Assembly (NCBI GenBank): GCA_038109055.1
Contig: JAYNIM010000001.1
Coordinates: 427,365-491,364, forward strand
DNA length: 64,000 nucleotides
Source: a bacterium
Lineage (GTDB): Bacteria > Margulisbacteria > Marinamargulisbacteria > GCA-2716485 > JAYNIM01
Reading direction: 5' to 3'
Shown: piece after piece, positions 19,424-29,711 of the stretch
Layout: each line of letters begins with the position of its first letter
How positions within the stretch are numbered: position 1 is the stretch's first letter
Notes under the pieces: generated by a model
The model's input: the letters and a program-made list of their open reading frames with translations, nothing else
Told to the model about the DNA's origin: nothing
The model's database searches: none
Position numbers and translations under genes: made by a program

Positions 19424-22133
19424 ACGCCATCCAGTTTAAATTTAGAAGCTTATCGATATCTTTAGCTGCCATAATTTGCTTATTGACCTTATTATCAGCT
19501 AACACAAATACTTTAGCTCCATTTTTTATACTGTGCTTCTGCTTAAGATCGTCACGGCTAATTCCGTACAATTTTGGCACGCCAAAAAAGTACTTTTTAA
19601 GATACATCTCTATTCCAATGGTATTATTCCTAAAAATATTTTTTTCGATGATCGTTTGAGAATTATCTTTAATTGTAATAGCGGATCTATTATTATCAAA
19701 TATGTTTTTTGATACGTATACTTTAGAACTTTCACCCACAGACATTCCCTTATCTAAAAATCCAGATATATAACAGTCTTTTACAATGATCTCCGCACCG
19801 CTAAGATCAAGCCCATCACCGTTAGGTTTTTGATTCGGAATTTTGGTTCCGGTGAATTTAAAGGTTGTATTGCTAACATGTCCATGTGACACATCTAAGT
19901 CTAGCTGATCAGCACTATTATCTAAAAAAGTATTATTTTTTAAATTTATTTTAGCATATTTTATATTTACCCCATCATCAGCAAAATTATGATGAATATT
20001 ACTGTGTTGAATACTGACATATTTATGTGAATATAATGATAGTGCCCCGCTTAAAAACTTTCCATTTACGGTTGCTTCACTCCCTCCAGAAATATCTAAA
20101 TAAGAAATTTCGCATTGGGTGGAATGTCTATCCCCTACCATTGCAACGACCCCAAAAGGATCTTTTCCTTGTTGATTTTGAATAACAATTGGGCTTTCTT
20201 TTGTTCCTCGTAGTTGTGTATTACCCTGAAATAATAGTGAGACACTAGGTCCCAAGGTGATGGTAACGCCTTCTTCTAGGGCTACTGCCACACCATGTGG
20301 AAAAACAATGGTTTTGGTTATTAGGTATGATCCTTTTTTGATCAAAATTTGTTTGTATCCTAATTTCACCATTGATAATTCTGGCGTATTTTTCATAAAA
20401 GATGTTATGTCAGTTACACGATGCTCTTTGCTTGAAAATCCAACTTCCTGACCAACATATGTGTGAATATTATTATCTTTGACTGGATGATTTGTGAGTG
20501 TATTTTTAAAGGTAATGGTTGTATTTTTCAACTTATATCCTTTTGGAAGGTCTAAAATCTCATACTTATATCGTCTTTTTTCAATATCTAGTTCTTCAGT
20601 CAACCCTAATTGATACAAGTGTGTGCTGAAAAATGAACTTAAATCTTGTGTTTTAGATTTTATTGGAAATCGGATAGTGCTTATTTTTTTTGTTTGCAGG
20701 TCTTTAATTCGTACTCTCCTTAGAGGTTGATTGCCCTCTAAAATAAAAGCGGTATTTTGAATTGCTGCGTTGCTATCTGGAACAATTTCTAGTCTTAGTT
20801 TGTTATTGTCTGGCCAAATATTTACATACATCATTGTGTAATTTAGGTAATGTTTTAATTTTGAAATATTATTTAAGATAATAGATTTTTCCTTATCTGC
20901 TTGTTTCTTATAATATTGTTCTTTTGGATCAATAGTTATCAGTGGAACAAACTCATTATAAACATTGTCAACAGTTTCTCGAATAAATGTCTCATCTTTT
21001 AAAAATTCAGCAATATATTTATTCCTTAAATTTCGATATGTATCAGACTCTATTAACTTTTTAAAAATAATATTGTTATCGTATTTATTTTTAAACATGT
21101 TATATCTATTGCCATAACTATACAGTTTCTTTTCAAAATTTGCTGCATAATTGTCGTATATTAATTCGTTCGCAGCTTCTATTCTAAGAAATGGAAAAAA
21201 TTTGCTGTTAGATGTGTTATATAAAAGCCGCATATTATCGCCGGAAAAAACATGTGAATTGCCATAAAATGTACGTAACGCATCTAACTTAGCGGTAAGA
21301 GGAATGTCCATGTGTACTGAAAGACTTTCATATGATGGCTGAGTGTACAACTGCCTATATCTCTCGAGTTGCCCCACTTGTTTTCCCGAAAAGTTCCTAA
21401 GTAAGGTATTTGAAAGTTCATTAATAAACGGAGTAATGTGTGTCTCATTATATTGATGTCCCCATGATTCTTTTGATTTGATTAAATCAACACCAGCCAT
21501 ATTGTTTTTCTCTAATAATGTTTTAGATAATTTTTCTTCTACTAAATAAAGGCCTTGATTAATCCCGTTAATCTTCAACTGACATAAAAATATATCGATA
21601 TCCCAACCAATAAAGTGTTTTAAAATTCGATAATTCACCAGTGTTGATAAGGGTAGTTGAGTGGGGATAATAAAAGAAAATCGTTTCATTTTTTTATGAT
21701 ACTGATCTTTTCTTAGTTTGATTGCATAGGATTTCTTTTCATCTAAATAATGGGAGCCATGCAATTTTATTTTTGCCTTTATCTCCTTTTCGTTAATATA
21801 TATCTTACATTTTTGATAGCTATTTTCACTGTTGTTGTGATTATCAATGTATATTCGATGAAAGGGATTTTTATTGTATTTATTTGCTGCAAGAGTAATT
21901 GTATCCTTCATATTGGCATAAGCCTTTTTAGGAAGTTTAATTGAATAAGTTGGAATTGATGTTAACTTATATTTTAAAATAAATGTTCTTAGTTCTGTTG
22001 ATATAAATCTATATAGTTGGATTGGAGGAGCGCCTTTCACGTGACAGATACTTATTACAAGTACAGAAAAGAAGGTCATTCCAGATATCAATAAAATATA
22101 TCCTATTAGAAATATCTTTTTGAATTTATTCAT
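19416..22133 (-). CDS. CotH-kinase family protein with C-terminal right-handed beta-helix
   Basis: N-terminal hydrophobic anchor; KIKLHG, KKSYAIK, INGINQGLYLVEE, H...DNMRLLYN; C-terminal DDGVN/DQLDLD/GDGLDLSG/DKGMSVGE repeats. Confidence 0.75.
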   Translation of the reverse strand: MNKFKKIFLIGYILLISGMTFFSVLVISICHVKGAPPIQLYRFISTELRTFILKYKLTSIPTYSIKLPKKAYANMKDTITLAANKYNKNPFHRIYIDNHNNSENSYQKCKIYINEKEIKAKIKLHGSHYLDEKKSYAIKLRKDQYHKKMKRFSFIIPTQLPLSTLVNYRILKHFIGWDIDIFLCQLKINGINQGLYLVEEKLSKTLLEKNNMAGVDLIKSKESWGHQYNETHITPFINELSNTLLRNFSGKQVGQLERYRQLYTQPSYESLSVHMDIPLTAKLDALRTFYGNSHVFSGDNMRLLYNTSNSKFFPFLRIEAANELIYDNYAANFEKKLYSYGNRYNMFKNKYDNNIIFKKLIESDTYRNLRNKYIAEFLKDETFIRETVDNVYNEFVPLITIDPKEQYYKKQADKEKSIILNNISKLKHYLNYTMMYVNIWPDNNKLRLEIVPDSNAAIQNTAFILEGNQPLRRVRIKDLQTKKISTIRFPIKSKTQDLSSFFSTHLYQLGLTEELDIEKRRYKYEILDLPKGYKLKNTTITFKNTLTNHPVKDNNIHTYVGQEVGFSSKEHRVTDITSFMKNTPELSMVKLGYKQILIKKGSYLITKTIVFPHGVAVALEEGVTITLGPSVSLLFQGNTQLRGTKESPIVIQNQQGKDPFGVVAMVGDRHSTQCEISYLDISGGSEATVNGKFLSGALSLYSHKYVSIQHSNIHHNFADDGVNIKYAKINLKNNTFLDNSADQLDLDVSHGHVSNTTFKFTGTKIPNQKPNGDGLDLSGAEIIVKDCYISGFLDKGMSVGESSKVYVSKNIFDNNRSAITIKDNSQTIIEKNIFRNNTIGIEMYLKKYFFGVPKLYGISRDDLKQKHSIKNGAKVFVLADNKVNKQIMAAKDIDKLLNLNWMAYD

Positions 22134-22385
22134 TTATTTTCTATTCCTTTTATTTTTTTAGAGATGTACAGAACTCTTTGCACTTTAATACATCTTAATT
22201 TTTAATTGTCTGTTTTTTTATTTTATTTGTCTAGCTATTCTTTGAATACTTAGTTAAGAAAGCTGACCATACAAAATCAAGCTATTTTTTTAGAGTATGT
22301 ATTAGGCACTCTTCCTTTATATAATTTATTCCAACTTAAAATCGATAGCAAAGCATATCTTAAGTAACCAATCCATGATCTGAAT

Positions 22386-22520
22386 TTATTGTAGACATCA
22401 ATCATCTATAATAATACTCTGATCTATTATGAACTTTTAACCTTCTGATAACAAAAATTAAACACTACTCAATAAATCTTCCGAATTTAACATTCCTTTA
22501 CGATTACAATTTTTTCTAAA
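22386..22520 (-). pseudogene. Relic C-terminus of a PtmA-like SDR (paralog of 24590..25342)
   Basis: Reads FRKNCNRKGMLNSEDLLSSV*FLLSEG*KFIIDQSIIIDD*CLQ* versus intact YKSHCNYKGMLNPEDLFSSILFLLSDNSKYITGQNIIIDDGWSV. Confidence 0.85.
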
Positions 22521-22544
22521 TATATATCTGAAGTTCATGTACGT

Positions 22545-22854
22545 GCATCAATTGTATTTGAAATATAGTTGGGCATTATATTGTGCTGCATTAGAGACAA
22601 CCATAATATTAATGAGCTTCTTTTACCAACTCTTCTAGTGACACTTTGTTAACCCCATTTTACGAAGTTTTAGATCTTTAACATCTCTTAAGAACAAATA
22701 TTTTCTGTCATTCTCAAAATCAAGGTCTTGCTGCATCTCAAACTGCTTTAATTATCCCGTTATAAACTAATACGCTTTTTAGGGGAATACTTCGCAACAA
22801 TATATTTTACAGATACTTTCCCAAACAAGCTATTATCCCAGTGATTAAAATTGT
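22545..22854 (-). pseudogene. Relic N-terminus of a PseB/FlaA1-like UDP-GlcNAc 4,6-dehydratase
   Basis: Frameshifted fragments TILITG..., AKYSPKK, RD, KQFEMQQ...RDVKD, AAQYN occur in PseB order. Confidence 0.65.
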
Positions 22855-22873
22855 AAAATCAATATGAATAACG

Positions 22874-24218
22874 TTATCCTTTGATATTTTTTAGTATGAC
22901 TTGATTATATCTTTGTACAGTTTTCCCATCAAATACCTCATCCTTTGAAAGAAGGTTTTGATCATATTTAAAATCTGTTTCTTCAATTAATTTTTTACTG
23001 ATAACATTTTCTAACTTATTTTTCACTTTAACTATTTCAATATTTTCTATGCGCATATACATGTCTGAATTTAAATTATAAAAATCTACAATGATACTGG
23101 GAATGCCATAATAAATAGCCCATGTAACTGTAGAAGAAAATGTGCCAATAAATAAATCAGAGATACATAATGTGCTAGCTAAATCTTCTATCAAAATTTT
23201 GCACTTATATTTCTTTTCTAGAAATACATATTCTTTTTTTATTCATTTTTGGATGTAATGATAACAGTATATTTTGCCCAGACTGTACTAATTTATCAAC
23301 AAGAAAATGAATTTCTTCCCAATGTTTTTTTTCTGATAATATATGATGCTCTTTTAGTTGTGGCAAAGAGCAAATAATCACTTTTTTTTCATTATTTATA
23401 TTATATTTATTTCTTAATTTTTCTTTATTTGATTTATTATTGCTATAAAAAAGAGTATCATTCATTACATCCCCAACAATTACTAGCTTATCTTTATTTA
23501 CTTTGTTTCTTTTATATCTTTCCGCAGTATCTCGATGATCAACACACACCACATCTAAAAGTCCCCCACCAATATACCAAGGAAAGGTTGATAATGTGCT
23601 AAACCATTTAAGTGCTAAAAATTGAGACGGTTTATAAAAATTGTAATATGCATTTTGAAAAAACCAGAATCTATCAGGGCATTTAAAAAATAGATAGTGA
23701 AAAATTATTGGACTATACCATTTTTTTTTGTATATATACGAACTTTTAGTACAACTATCTGCATCTGAATAAGCCATGTATGGAGATAGTGTTTTTATCT
23801 GAAGACTTTTAGCTATTTTAATCACAACTTGTTCTATATTGGTATGACGGTCACCATTTAAAAAAATTAAATGAAATTTTTCTTCTTTTATTTTTGGATA
23901 TAAATATAAATATTGTTTATTTAAGTTCTTAAGTTCAAAAAAGGCATCAATCCATAAGCTAATTGAAAAGAATATTCTTCTTATAATTTTCACTATCAGG
24001 CTAAATCTTACAAATCTAATGCATCTATAGACAATTGTTGATGGATATTCTACATTACCTATAATAATTTTTTACTTAGAAAACTTATGTGTACTATCTT
24101 CTAACAAAATTGTAAATTTTAACCTTGGATTTATTTTTTCTAGGTTTCTTATAAAAGATATTTGCGCATCAAATCGTTGTGGCATATTCCCTACCACAAG
24201 TATTTTTATTTGCTTCAT
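22874..24218 (-). pseudogene. Disrupted paralog of the 27004..28341 putative nonulosonate transferase
   Basis: ATG at 24218; in-frame TAA at 24072-24074; +1 frameshift in an A7 run (T7 at 23234-23240); shares LNGDRH, PWYIG, LPQL, SLHPKM with the intact copy. Confidence 0.88.
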
Positions 24219-24230
24219 GTTTACATGGGT

Positions 24231-24389
24231 CTAATCATCTAGTCCATCTTTATTTACGGTATGCCTAAGTTTAAATTCGCCTTTACTATCTCTCCCCCAT
24301 ATATGAGGAGATCTAAATTTATCACAAAGCTCCATAAACTATTTTGGCTCTATTTCTAAATAATCCATAATTTCTTTGAAATATATACG
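24231..24389 (-). pseudogene. Relic C-terminus of an N-acetyl-sugar amidotransferase (paralog of 28431..29711)
   Basis: RIYFKEIMDYLEIEPK*FMELCDKFRSPHIWGRDSKGEFKLRHTVNKDGLDD* versus intact RYFNEFLEY...LCDTFRSPHLW...KLRHTVNKDGVDD. Confidence 0.88.
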
Positions 24390-24589
24390 TATTTCTTTGT
24401 TTTAATCATTGTTGAGAATACTTTATTCGAAAGGAGGCAAAAAACCTATTACGTAAATACTTTTCTCATTACAGTAGTATAAAATATTTTTTAAATCTTG
24501 AACGGGCGAAACTAAAAAAATATATTGAGCAAATTATTGTTATAAAGATTATATATTCAATTGAATTAAATAACATATGTTAGTTTTAT

Positions 24590-25342
24590 CTAAACACTCC
24601 AGCCATCATCTATAATAATATTTTGACCAGTAATATATTTAGAATTATCTGATAATAAAAATAATATACTACTAAATAAATCTTCTGGATTTAACATTCC
24701 TTTATAATTACAGTGACTTTTGTATTTATTTAAAAAACTTTCTGGCTGTTTATCTAAAACACCTCCTGGACTAATTCCATTAACTTGAATATTTTTTCCT
24801 TTATAATACTTTGCTAAGTACTTTACAACTGCGTTTATCCCTGATTTTATTGCACTATATTCTATTGGAGATGTCATCTCTGTTCCTTCGTATATATCAA
24901 ACTTTGGAGTAAAGGTTCCATAAATTGACGAAAAATGTATTAAGTTACCTGAGCCCTTTTTCTCGAAATAGGTAAGTATCTGTTGTGAGAATAAAATAGC
25001 GCTACCTAATTGACCATATAAGTCTGTCTTTAGAGACTCTTCCTCTAATTCCTCAAAACGTACTCCCCACGTTTTTGACCTTGGATATGCACAGTGTATA
25101 GCTGCATCAATCTTTCCAAAGTGAGAATCTGCTTTTTCAATACTTACCGCTATATCTTTTTTTTTTGTGATATCAGTTTTGACAAATAAAGAATTACTAC
25201 CCATATCTTTTTCCATTTGCATACCAACATTTGTATTCATATCACATAAAATAAGTTTCGCTTTTTGTTTAGATAAAAACTCTGAAATGCTTTTTCCTAT
25301 TAAACCAGCTGCTCCTGTCACTAAAATAACTTTATCTTTCAT
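24590..25342 (-). CDS. SDR oxidoreductase, PtmA/ElaC-like
   Basis: TGAAGLIG, CAYPR, SSIYG, EYSAIK, SPGG, GQNIIIDDG; probable start MKDKV at 25342. Confidence 0.85.
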   Translation of the reverse strand: MKDKVILVTGAAGLIGKSISEFLSKQKAKLILCDMNTNVGMQMEKDMGSNSLFVKTDITKKKDIAVSIEKADSHFGKIDAAIHCAYPRSKTWGVRFEELEEESLKTDLYGQLGSAILFSQQILTYFEKKGSGNLIHFSSIYGTFTPKFDIYEGTEMTSPIEYSAIKSGINAVVKYLAKYYKGKNIQVNGISPGGVLDKQPESFLNKYKSHCNYKGMLNPEDLFSSILFLLSDNSKYITGQNIIIDDGWSV

Positions 25343-26033
25343 TGAAATTTGTTCTCCTGTTATATAAAAATGCAGCGATATCAAAATCTAAAGGCGTATC
25401 AATATCGATAGCACGCTCCTCTGGGATTTCTACATACTTTACTTCGCCATCAAAGATACTTTTTTTATTTAAAATTGATTGAACATGAGCCGCATAGGCC
25501 ACCGTTGTTATATTAAATGCCTTGGGTGCATCTTGCCGTCTAACTACTGTATCTTCACTATCTAACATCAATTTTACATTATCATTTATTTTTTGAACCA
25601 TATTGAAATAAGGGGAATGATTTGTATTTGTAATCGTAATGACAAAATCTGTAGTATTATCTAAACACTCGATTGTTTTTTGAATATCATTTTTATTTCG
25701 TAATGGAGATGTTGTTGGTAAAGAAATAAATCTATCGAAATTATCATTGCATTCTTGTAAATACAAAATAGCATGCCTCCAAGCGTCATACTCAGATGCA
25801 GTATCAGTCGCTAAGTCTTGCGGTCTTTTAATGACGTCAGCTGAATACTGTTTAGCAATTTTCTCTATTTCGTCATCATCGGTAGAAACAAATACTTTTT
25901 TAATTTCACTCATGTTCTGTGCTAAAAGAATTGAATAGGCAATTAGTGGCTTTCCATTAAATAATTTAATATTTTTTCGAGGGATACCTTTTGATCCACC
26001 TCTAGCAAAGATAAATGCGTAATTCTTACTCAT
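25332..26033 (-). CDS. CMP-legionaminate-type acylneuraminate cytidylyltransferase (LegF/PtmB-like)
   Basis: FARGGSKGIPRKN, VSTDD, TSPLR, RRQD, DIDT. Confidence 0.88.
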   Translation of the reverse strand: MSKNYAFIFARGGSKGIPRKNIKLFNGKPLIAYSILLAQNMSEIKKVFVSTDDDEIEKIAKQYSADVIKRPQDLATDTASEYDAWRHAILYLQECNDNFDRFISLPTTSPLRNKNDIQKTIECLDNTTDFVITITNTNHSPYFNMVQKINDNVKLMLDSEDTVVRRQDAPKAFNITTVAYAAHVQSILNKKSIFDGEVKYVEIPEERAIDIDTPLDFDIAAFLYNRRTNFNER

Positions 26034-26991
26034 AGGTTTGATTTTTACACAAAGATATCATTCTTAGTATGTTAATACCATCATCAATAGTCACTTTTGG
26101 AATTTCTACTCCTTCTACACACTTTATAAAATGTTTAAACTGTTTCAAAAAGATATCATTTCTTTCATAATTATTTGCCTTAATTGTCACTACTTTATTA
26201 TTTTCTTCAAACGTTATTTCCTTTTTTAACAAATTACAATGTAACTCTCCATTAATAGTAACAACTCTACATAATCGTTTACTTTCTTTTCTACAAAAGT
26301 CTATATTAATTTGTATAGGATACCCCTCTTTTGATTGAGCTAGTATCACTGCATGATCCTCAACATTGATATTTAATGTATTTGAATTTCTTGTAATTGC
26401 TGAAATAATTTCAGTTAAATCAAATATCCATTTTGCATAATGTAGTTCATGACTTAACTCTAATAATACGCCACCTCCAAGCTCTTTTTTGGCTGATACA
26501 GTATTTGTATAATCTTGATCGGGCCTCCAATCAGGTAGGTATGACCCACATTCAATATGTACACTCAATATATCCCCATATACTTTAGAATCAATTAATT
26601 GTTTTAATTTCATCAAATTTGGATCATAACGGAGTGTATATCCTACCAGTAAAACTAACTTAGAGTCATATGCAATTTTTTTTAAAGCCTTTATTTGTGT
26701 AGAATCTGCACACGCTAATGGCTTTTCAATTAATAAGTGAATGCCCTCTTTAGCCAATTGTATTGCTTGATCTATATGAAATGATGCTGGTGAAGCAATA
26801 ATAGCTGCTTGTATATCTAAAGTAATAGCTTCCTCAATGGTTCTAACTAAAATAACGTTTTTTGTTGTATACTCAATTTTTTTCTTTGAACTAACAATGA
26901 CGACTTCGATATATGGAAAGTATTGACTGATAACATCAAAGTGCCTTTTACCTATACTGCCTAAGCCAATAATTCCAATTTTTTTAATCAT
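26026..26991 (-). CDS. Gfo/Idh/MocA oxidoreductase, PtmF/ElaA-like
   Basis: GLGSIGKRH, EKP, YLPDWRP, GGGVLLELSHE. Confidence 0.85.
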   Translation of the reverse strand: MIKKIGIIGLGSIGKRHFDVISQYFPYIEVVIVSSKKKIEYTTKNVILVRTIEEAITLDIQAAIIASPASFHIDQAIQLAKEGIHLLIEKPLACADSTQIKALKKIAYDSKLVLLVGYTLRYDPNLMKLKQLIDSKVYGDILSVHIECGSYLPDWRPDQDYTNTVSAKKELGGGVLLELSHELHYAKWIFDLTEIISAITRNSNTLNINVEDHAVILAQSKEGYPIQINIDFCRKESKRLCRVVTINGELHCNLLKKEITFEENNKVVTIKANNYERNDIFLKQFKHFIKCVEGVEIPKVTIDDGINILRMISLCKNQTYE

Positions 26992-27003
26992 GATTAATAA
27001 TAA

Positions 27004-28341
27004 TTATGTTTTTAAATTTTCTAGCAAATCAGAATATCTTTGAATTACCTTACCGTCAAAAACTTTATCTTTAGATAATTTCATCCAATCACTTTTAAAA
27101 TCTTTTTTAATATTAAGATTTTTTTTAATTTCATCCAAAAGTTTATTTTTATTTTTAGAAAAAGTAATATTGTCTAAACTATTAAACCAAGCACCATATA
27201 AATTATAATAGTCTAAAATAATACTATTTATTCCTAAATAAAAAGGCCATATCATAGTGGATGAATTAATTGAAAGAAATAAATCTGCTATTGGCAAACT
27301 CTCAGCTAAGCTTTCTTTCAGAATAATGCATTTATATTTTTTTTCTAAAAACCTATATTCTTCAAATTGCATTTTGGGATGTAATGATAATAAGACAGAT
27401 TCTTTGCTCTTACAGCATGTATCCACTAAAAAATTGATCTCTTCCCAATGCTCCTTTTTGGATAGTGTTTTCTGTTCTAGTAACTGAGGTAATGCACACA
27501 TAATAATTTTATTTTTAGGATTTAAATCATATTTATCAATATAGTGTTGTTTTATATTATTTTTTGATGATTCATAAAGAATTTGATGGTTAATATCACC
27601 TATTATTTTCAATTTCTCTTCAGGTACTCTATTTTCTTTATATCGATTAAATGTCATTAAACTATCAATACACACAACATCTACTAATCCATTTCCTATG
27701 TACCAAGGATACTTGCTTAAAACACCGAACCATTTTAATGCTAAAAAGATATTAGGTGTATAATAAAAATATTTTTTACTTTGGTATGTAAAAACGTGAT
27801 CTTTATAAAGAAAGAACAATAATTTAACAATTAATGGGCTATAAAACTTTAGTTGAAGTAAATACGAATTTGATATTAAACTTACATCGTCTGAAAGACA
27901 ATAATAAGGGCAGATACTTTTGATATTTAATTTTTTAGCAATTTTTAATATTACAGCTTCCGTGTTTCCGTGTCTGTCTCCGTTTAAAATAATAGCGTCA
28001 AACCTTTCTTTTTTAAATCTTACTAACAACCAATGATAATATTTTTTAAGTTCATGATATAAAAATATAGCTTCAATTAATACGCTTACAGAATAGAAAG
28101 TTCTTCTAATTAATCTTAACAAAAATGTTTGTCTTATTTCAGTAAAAAAAAAATTAAAAAACCAATTATTTCTTAATTTTTCCAATAAAATAACTTTATA
28201 TGGCATTACATCTTTAATCATAGATTCAGAGTCTATTAAAAAATAAAAATCCAAATTTTTATTATAGCTAGACAGCATTTTAACCAAATCTAACTGAACT
28301 CTTGTTCTTTGTTTCATACTGCTGTGGACTAATATTTTCAT
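27004..28341 (-). CDS. Hypothetical GT-B-like protein, candidate legionaminate transferase
   Basis: Located within the Leg operon; GDRH, IIGD, LHPK, SST motifs. Confidence 0.5.
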   Translation of the reverse strand: MKILVHSSMKQRTRVQLDLVKMLSSYNKNLDFYFLIDSESMIKDVMPYKVILLEKLRNNWFFNFFFTEIRQTFLLRLIRRTFYSVSVLIEAIFLYHELKKYYHWLLVRFKKERFDAIILNGDRHGNTEAVILKIAKKLNIKSICPYYCLSDDVSLISNSYLLQLKFYSPLIVKLLFFLYKDHVFTYQSKKYFYYTPNIFLALKWFGVLSKYPWYIGNGLVDVVCIDSLMTFNRYKENRVPEEKLKIIGDINHQILYESSKNNIKQHYIDKYDLNPKNKIIMCALPQLLEQKTLSKKEHWEEINFLVDTCCKSKESVLLSLHPKMQFEEYRFLEKKYKCIILKESLAESLPIADLFLSINSSTMIWPFYLGINSIILDYYNLYGAWFNSLDNITFSKNKNKLLDEIKKNLNIKKDFKSDWMKLSKDKVFDGKVIQRYSDLLENLKT

Positions 28342-28430
28342 AATTAAACTCTATACTTTTTTATAAAACTTAATATGTAAATTTCACGACAATATTTTAC
28401 TAATTGATAATATTTTAAAAAATCTTTAAT

Positions 28431-29711
28431 TTAAGTATTAAATTTATCATCTACACCATCTTTATTTACCGTATGACGTAACTTCCAACCAGAGCTCTCT
28501 TTTTTCCACAAGTGAGGAGACCTAAAAGTATCACATAAGTCATGAAACTCTTCAGTATTCATACTTATATACTCTAAAAACTCATTAAAATATCTCTGAG
28601 GTAATTCTCCATCAAACTTTTTAATTAAAGCACGGCCTTCTTCAGGTGTTATTTTTTGATTACGACACTCTTGAGCTGAGTCTTGCATCGCTCTTCCCAT
28701 ACCAAATTTAATATAAGATGTGTAATAAAAATAACCATCTATTTTGTCGTCAAGACTATTATACTTTGAATATGTGCCCTCAGTACGAACAGGATTTGCT
28801 TTAAAATCTATTTTATCTACTGAGAAATAATAACACTCTTGTGGGTCCCACTTTAGATAATATCCTAAATAATGAACATCTATTTTCTTTTTCTCTTCAA
28901 TTTCACTACTCAATGGTGTGTAAGCAAGTAAGTCATTTTTCTCTACCTTGTATTTCTTAATTAACTCTTCACCAGATACTCCACCAAAAAACAATTTTTC
29001 TGGATCAGTTTCATTTTTCTCAAAACCATGCCCCGCATCATTAAATGTTCTCTCACCTGCTGTTTTAGACTTTGTTATATTTCCATACTCACCTGGCATT
29101 TCACCGTAAAAAGCGAGAGGAATATTAAATTGAGCGCACATTTTCTTTACATATGTTTTTTGCCCCATAATAAAAGGTTGAAAAGGATGTAACATATTTA
29201 TCGTTGCCAAACGCGTTAATAAGCGGTGTGTTTTTCCATTTGGTGTAAACAAGAAATTATCAAAACCGCCTTTATGAATCCAATTCTGAAAATTATTCCA
29301 CCCTACTTCTGTATATAAATGAGGTGACCATGTAACGGTAAGTGGATGCATATTATATTTATATTTCAGCATCCAAGCAGCATATACACTATCCTTGCCT
29401 CCACTTCCAGGAACAATACAATCATAAGAACCATCTTTAGATCTGTATTTATTACATAAAGCGTTTAGCTCTTCTTCGCGTTCTTTCCAATCAATATCTT
29501 TATGTTGTTTTTCTTTATGTAAACACGCAGAGCACCTTCCCTCTTCATTAAAAGGGATTGTTTTTTTCTGAGAAGACTTATTATGTAAAAACTCATTTGT
29601 AGAATTTGGACGTTGATTTGTCATATTGCAACTTGAACAAAATAAAACCTTTCTGGGTAACCCATACTTAACTTCAAGATCATTTTGATTTAGTACTAAT
29701 TTTTTATTCAT
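28431..29711 (-). CDS. N-acetyl-sugar amidotransferase (WbuX/PtmG/PseA family)
   Basis: CSSC...CSAC, SGGKDS PP-loop, HPLTVTW, YGE, KFGMGRA; adjacent to hisH/hisF paralogs; start could also be 29723. Confidence 0.85.
   Translation of the reverse strand: MNKKLVLNQNDLEVKYGLPRKVLFCSSCNMTNQRPNSTNEFLHNKSSQKKTIPFNEEGRCSACLHKEKQHKDIDWKEREEELNALCNKYRSKDGSYDCIVPGSGGKDSVYAAWMLKYKYNMHPLTVTWSPHLYTEVGWNNFQNWIHKGGFDNFLFTPNGKTHRLLTRLATINMLHPFQPFIMGQKTYVKKMCAQFNIPLAFYGEMPGEYGNITKSKTAGERTFNDAGHGFEKNETDPEKLFFGGVSGEELIKKYKVEKNDLLAYTPLSSEIEEKKKIDVHYLGYYLKWDPQECYYFSVDKIDFKANPVRTEGTYSKYNSLDDKIDGYFYYTSYIKFGMGRAMQDSAQECRNQKITPEEGRALIKKFDGELPQRYFNEFLEYISMNTEEFHDLCDTFRSPHLWKKESSGWKLRHTVNKDGVDDKFNT

Noticed and set aside
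19416..22133. Evidence for sporulation (spore coat CotH)
   Set aside because: The CotH kinase fold is widespread outside spore formers, and the context is a glycan locus
24400..24589. Fragment ILYYCNEKSIYVIGFLPPFE on the minus strand, possibly another relic
   Set aside because: Too short to assign a family without a search
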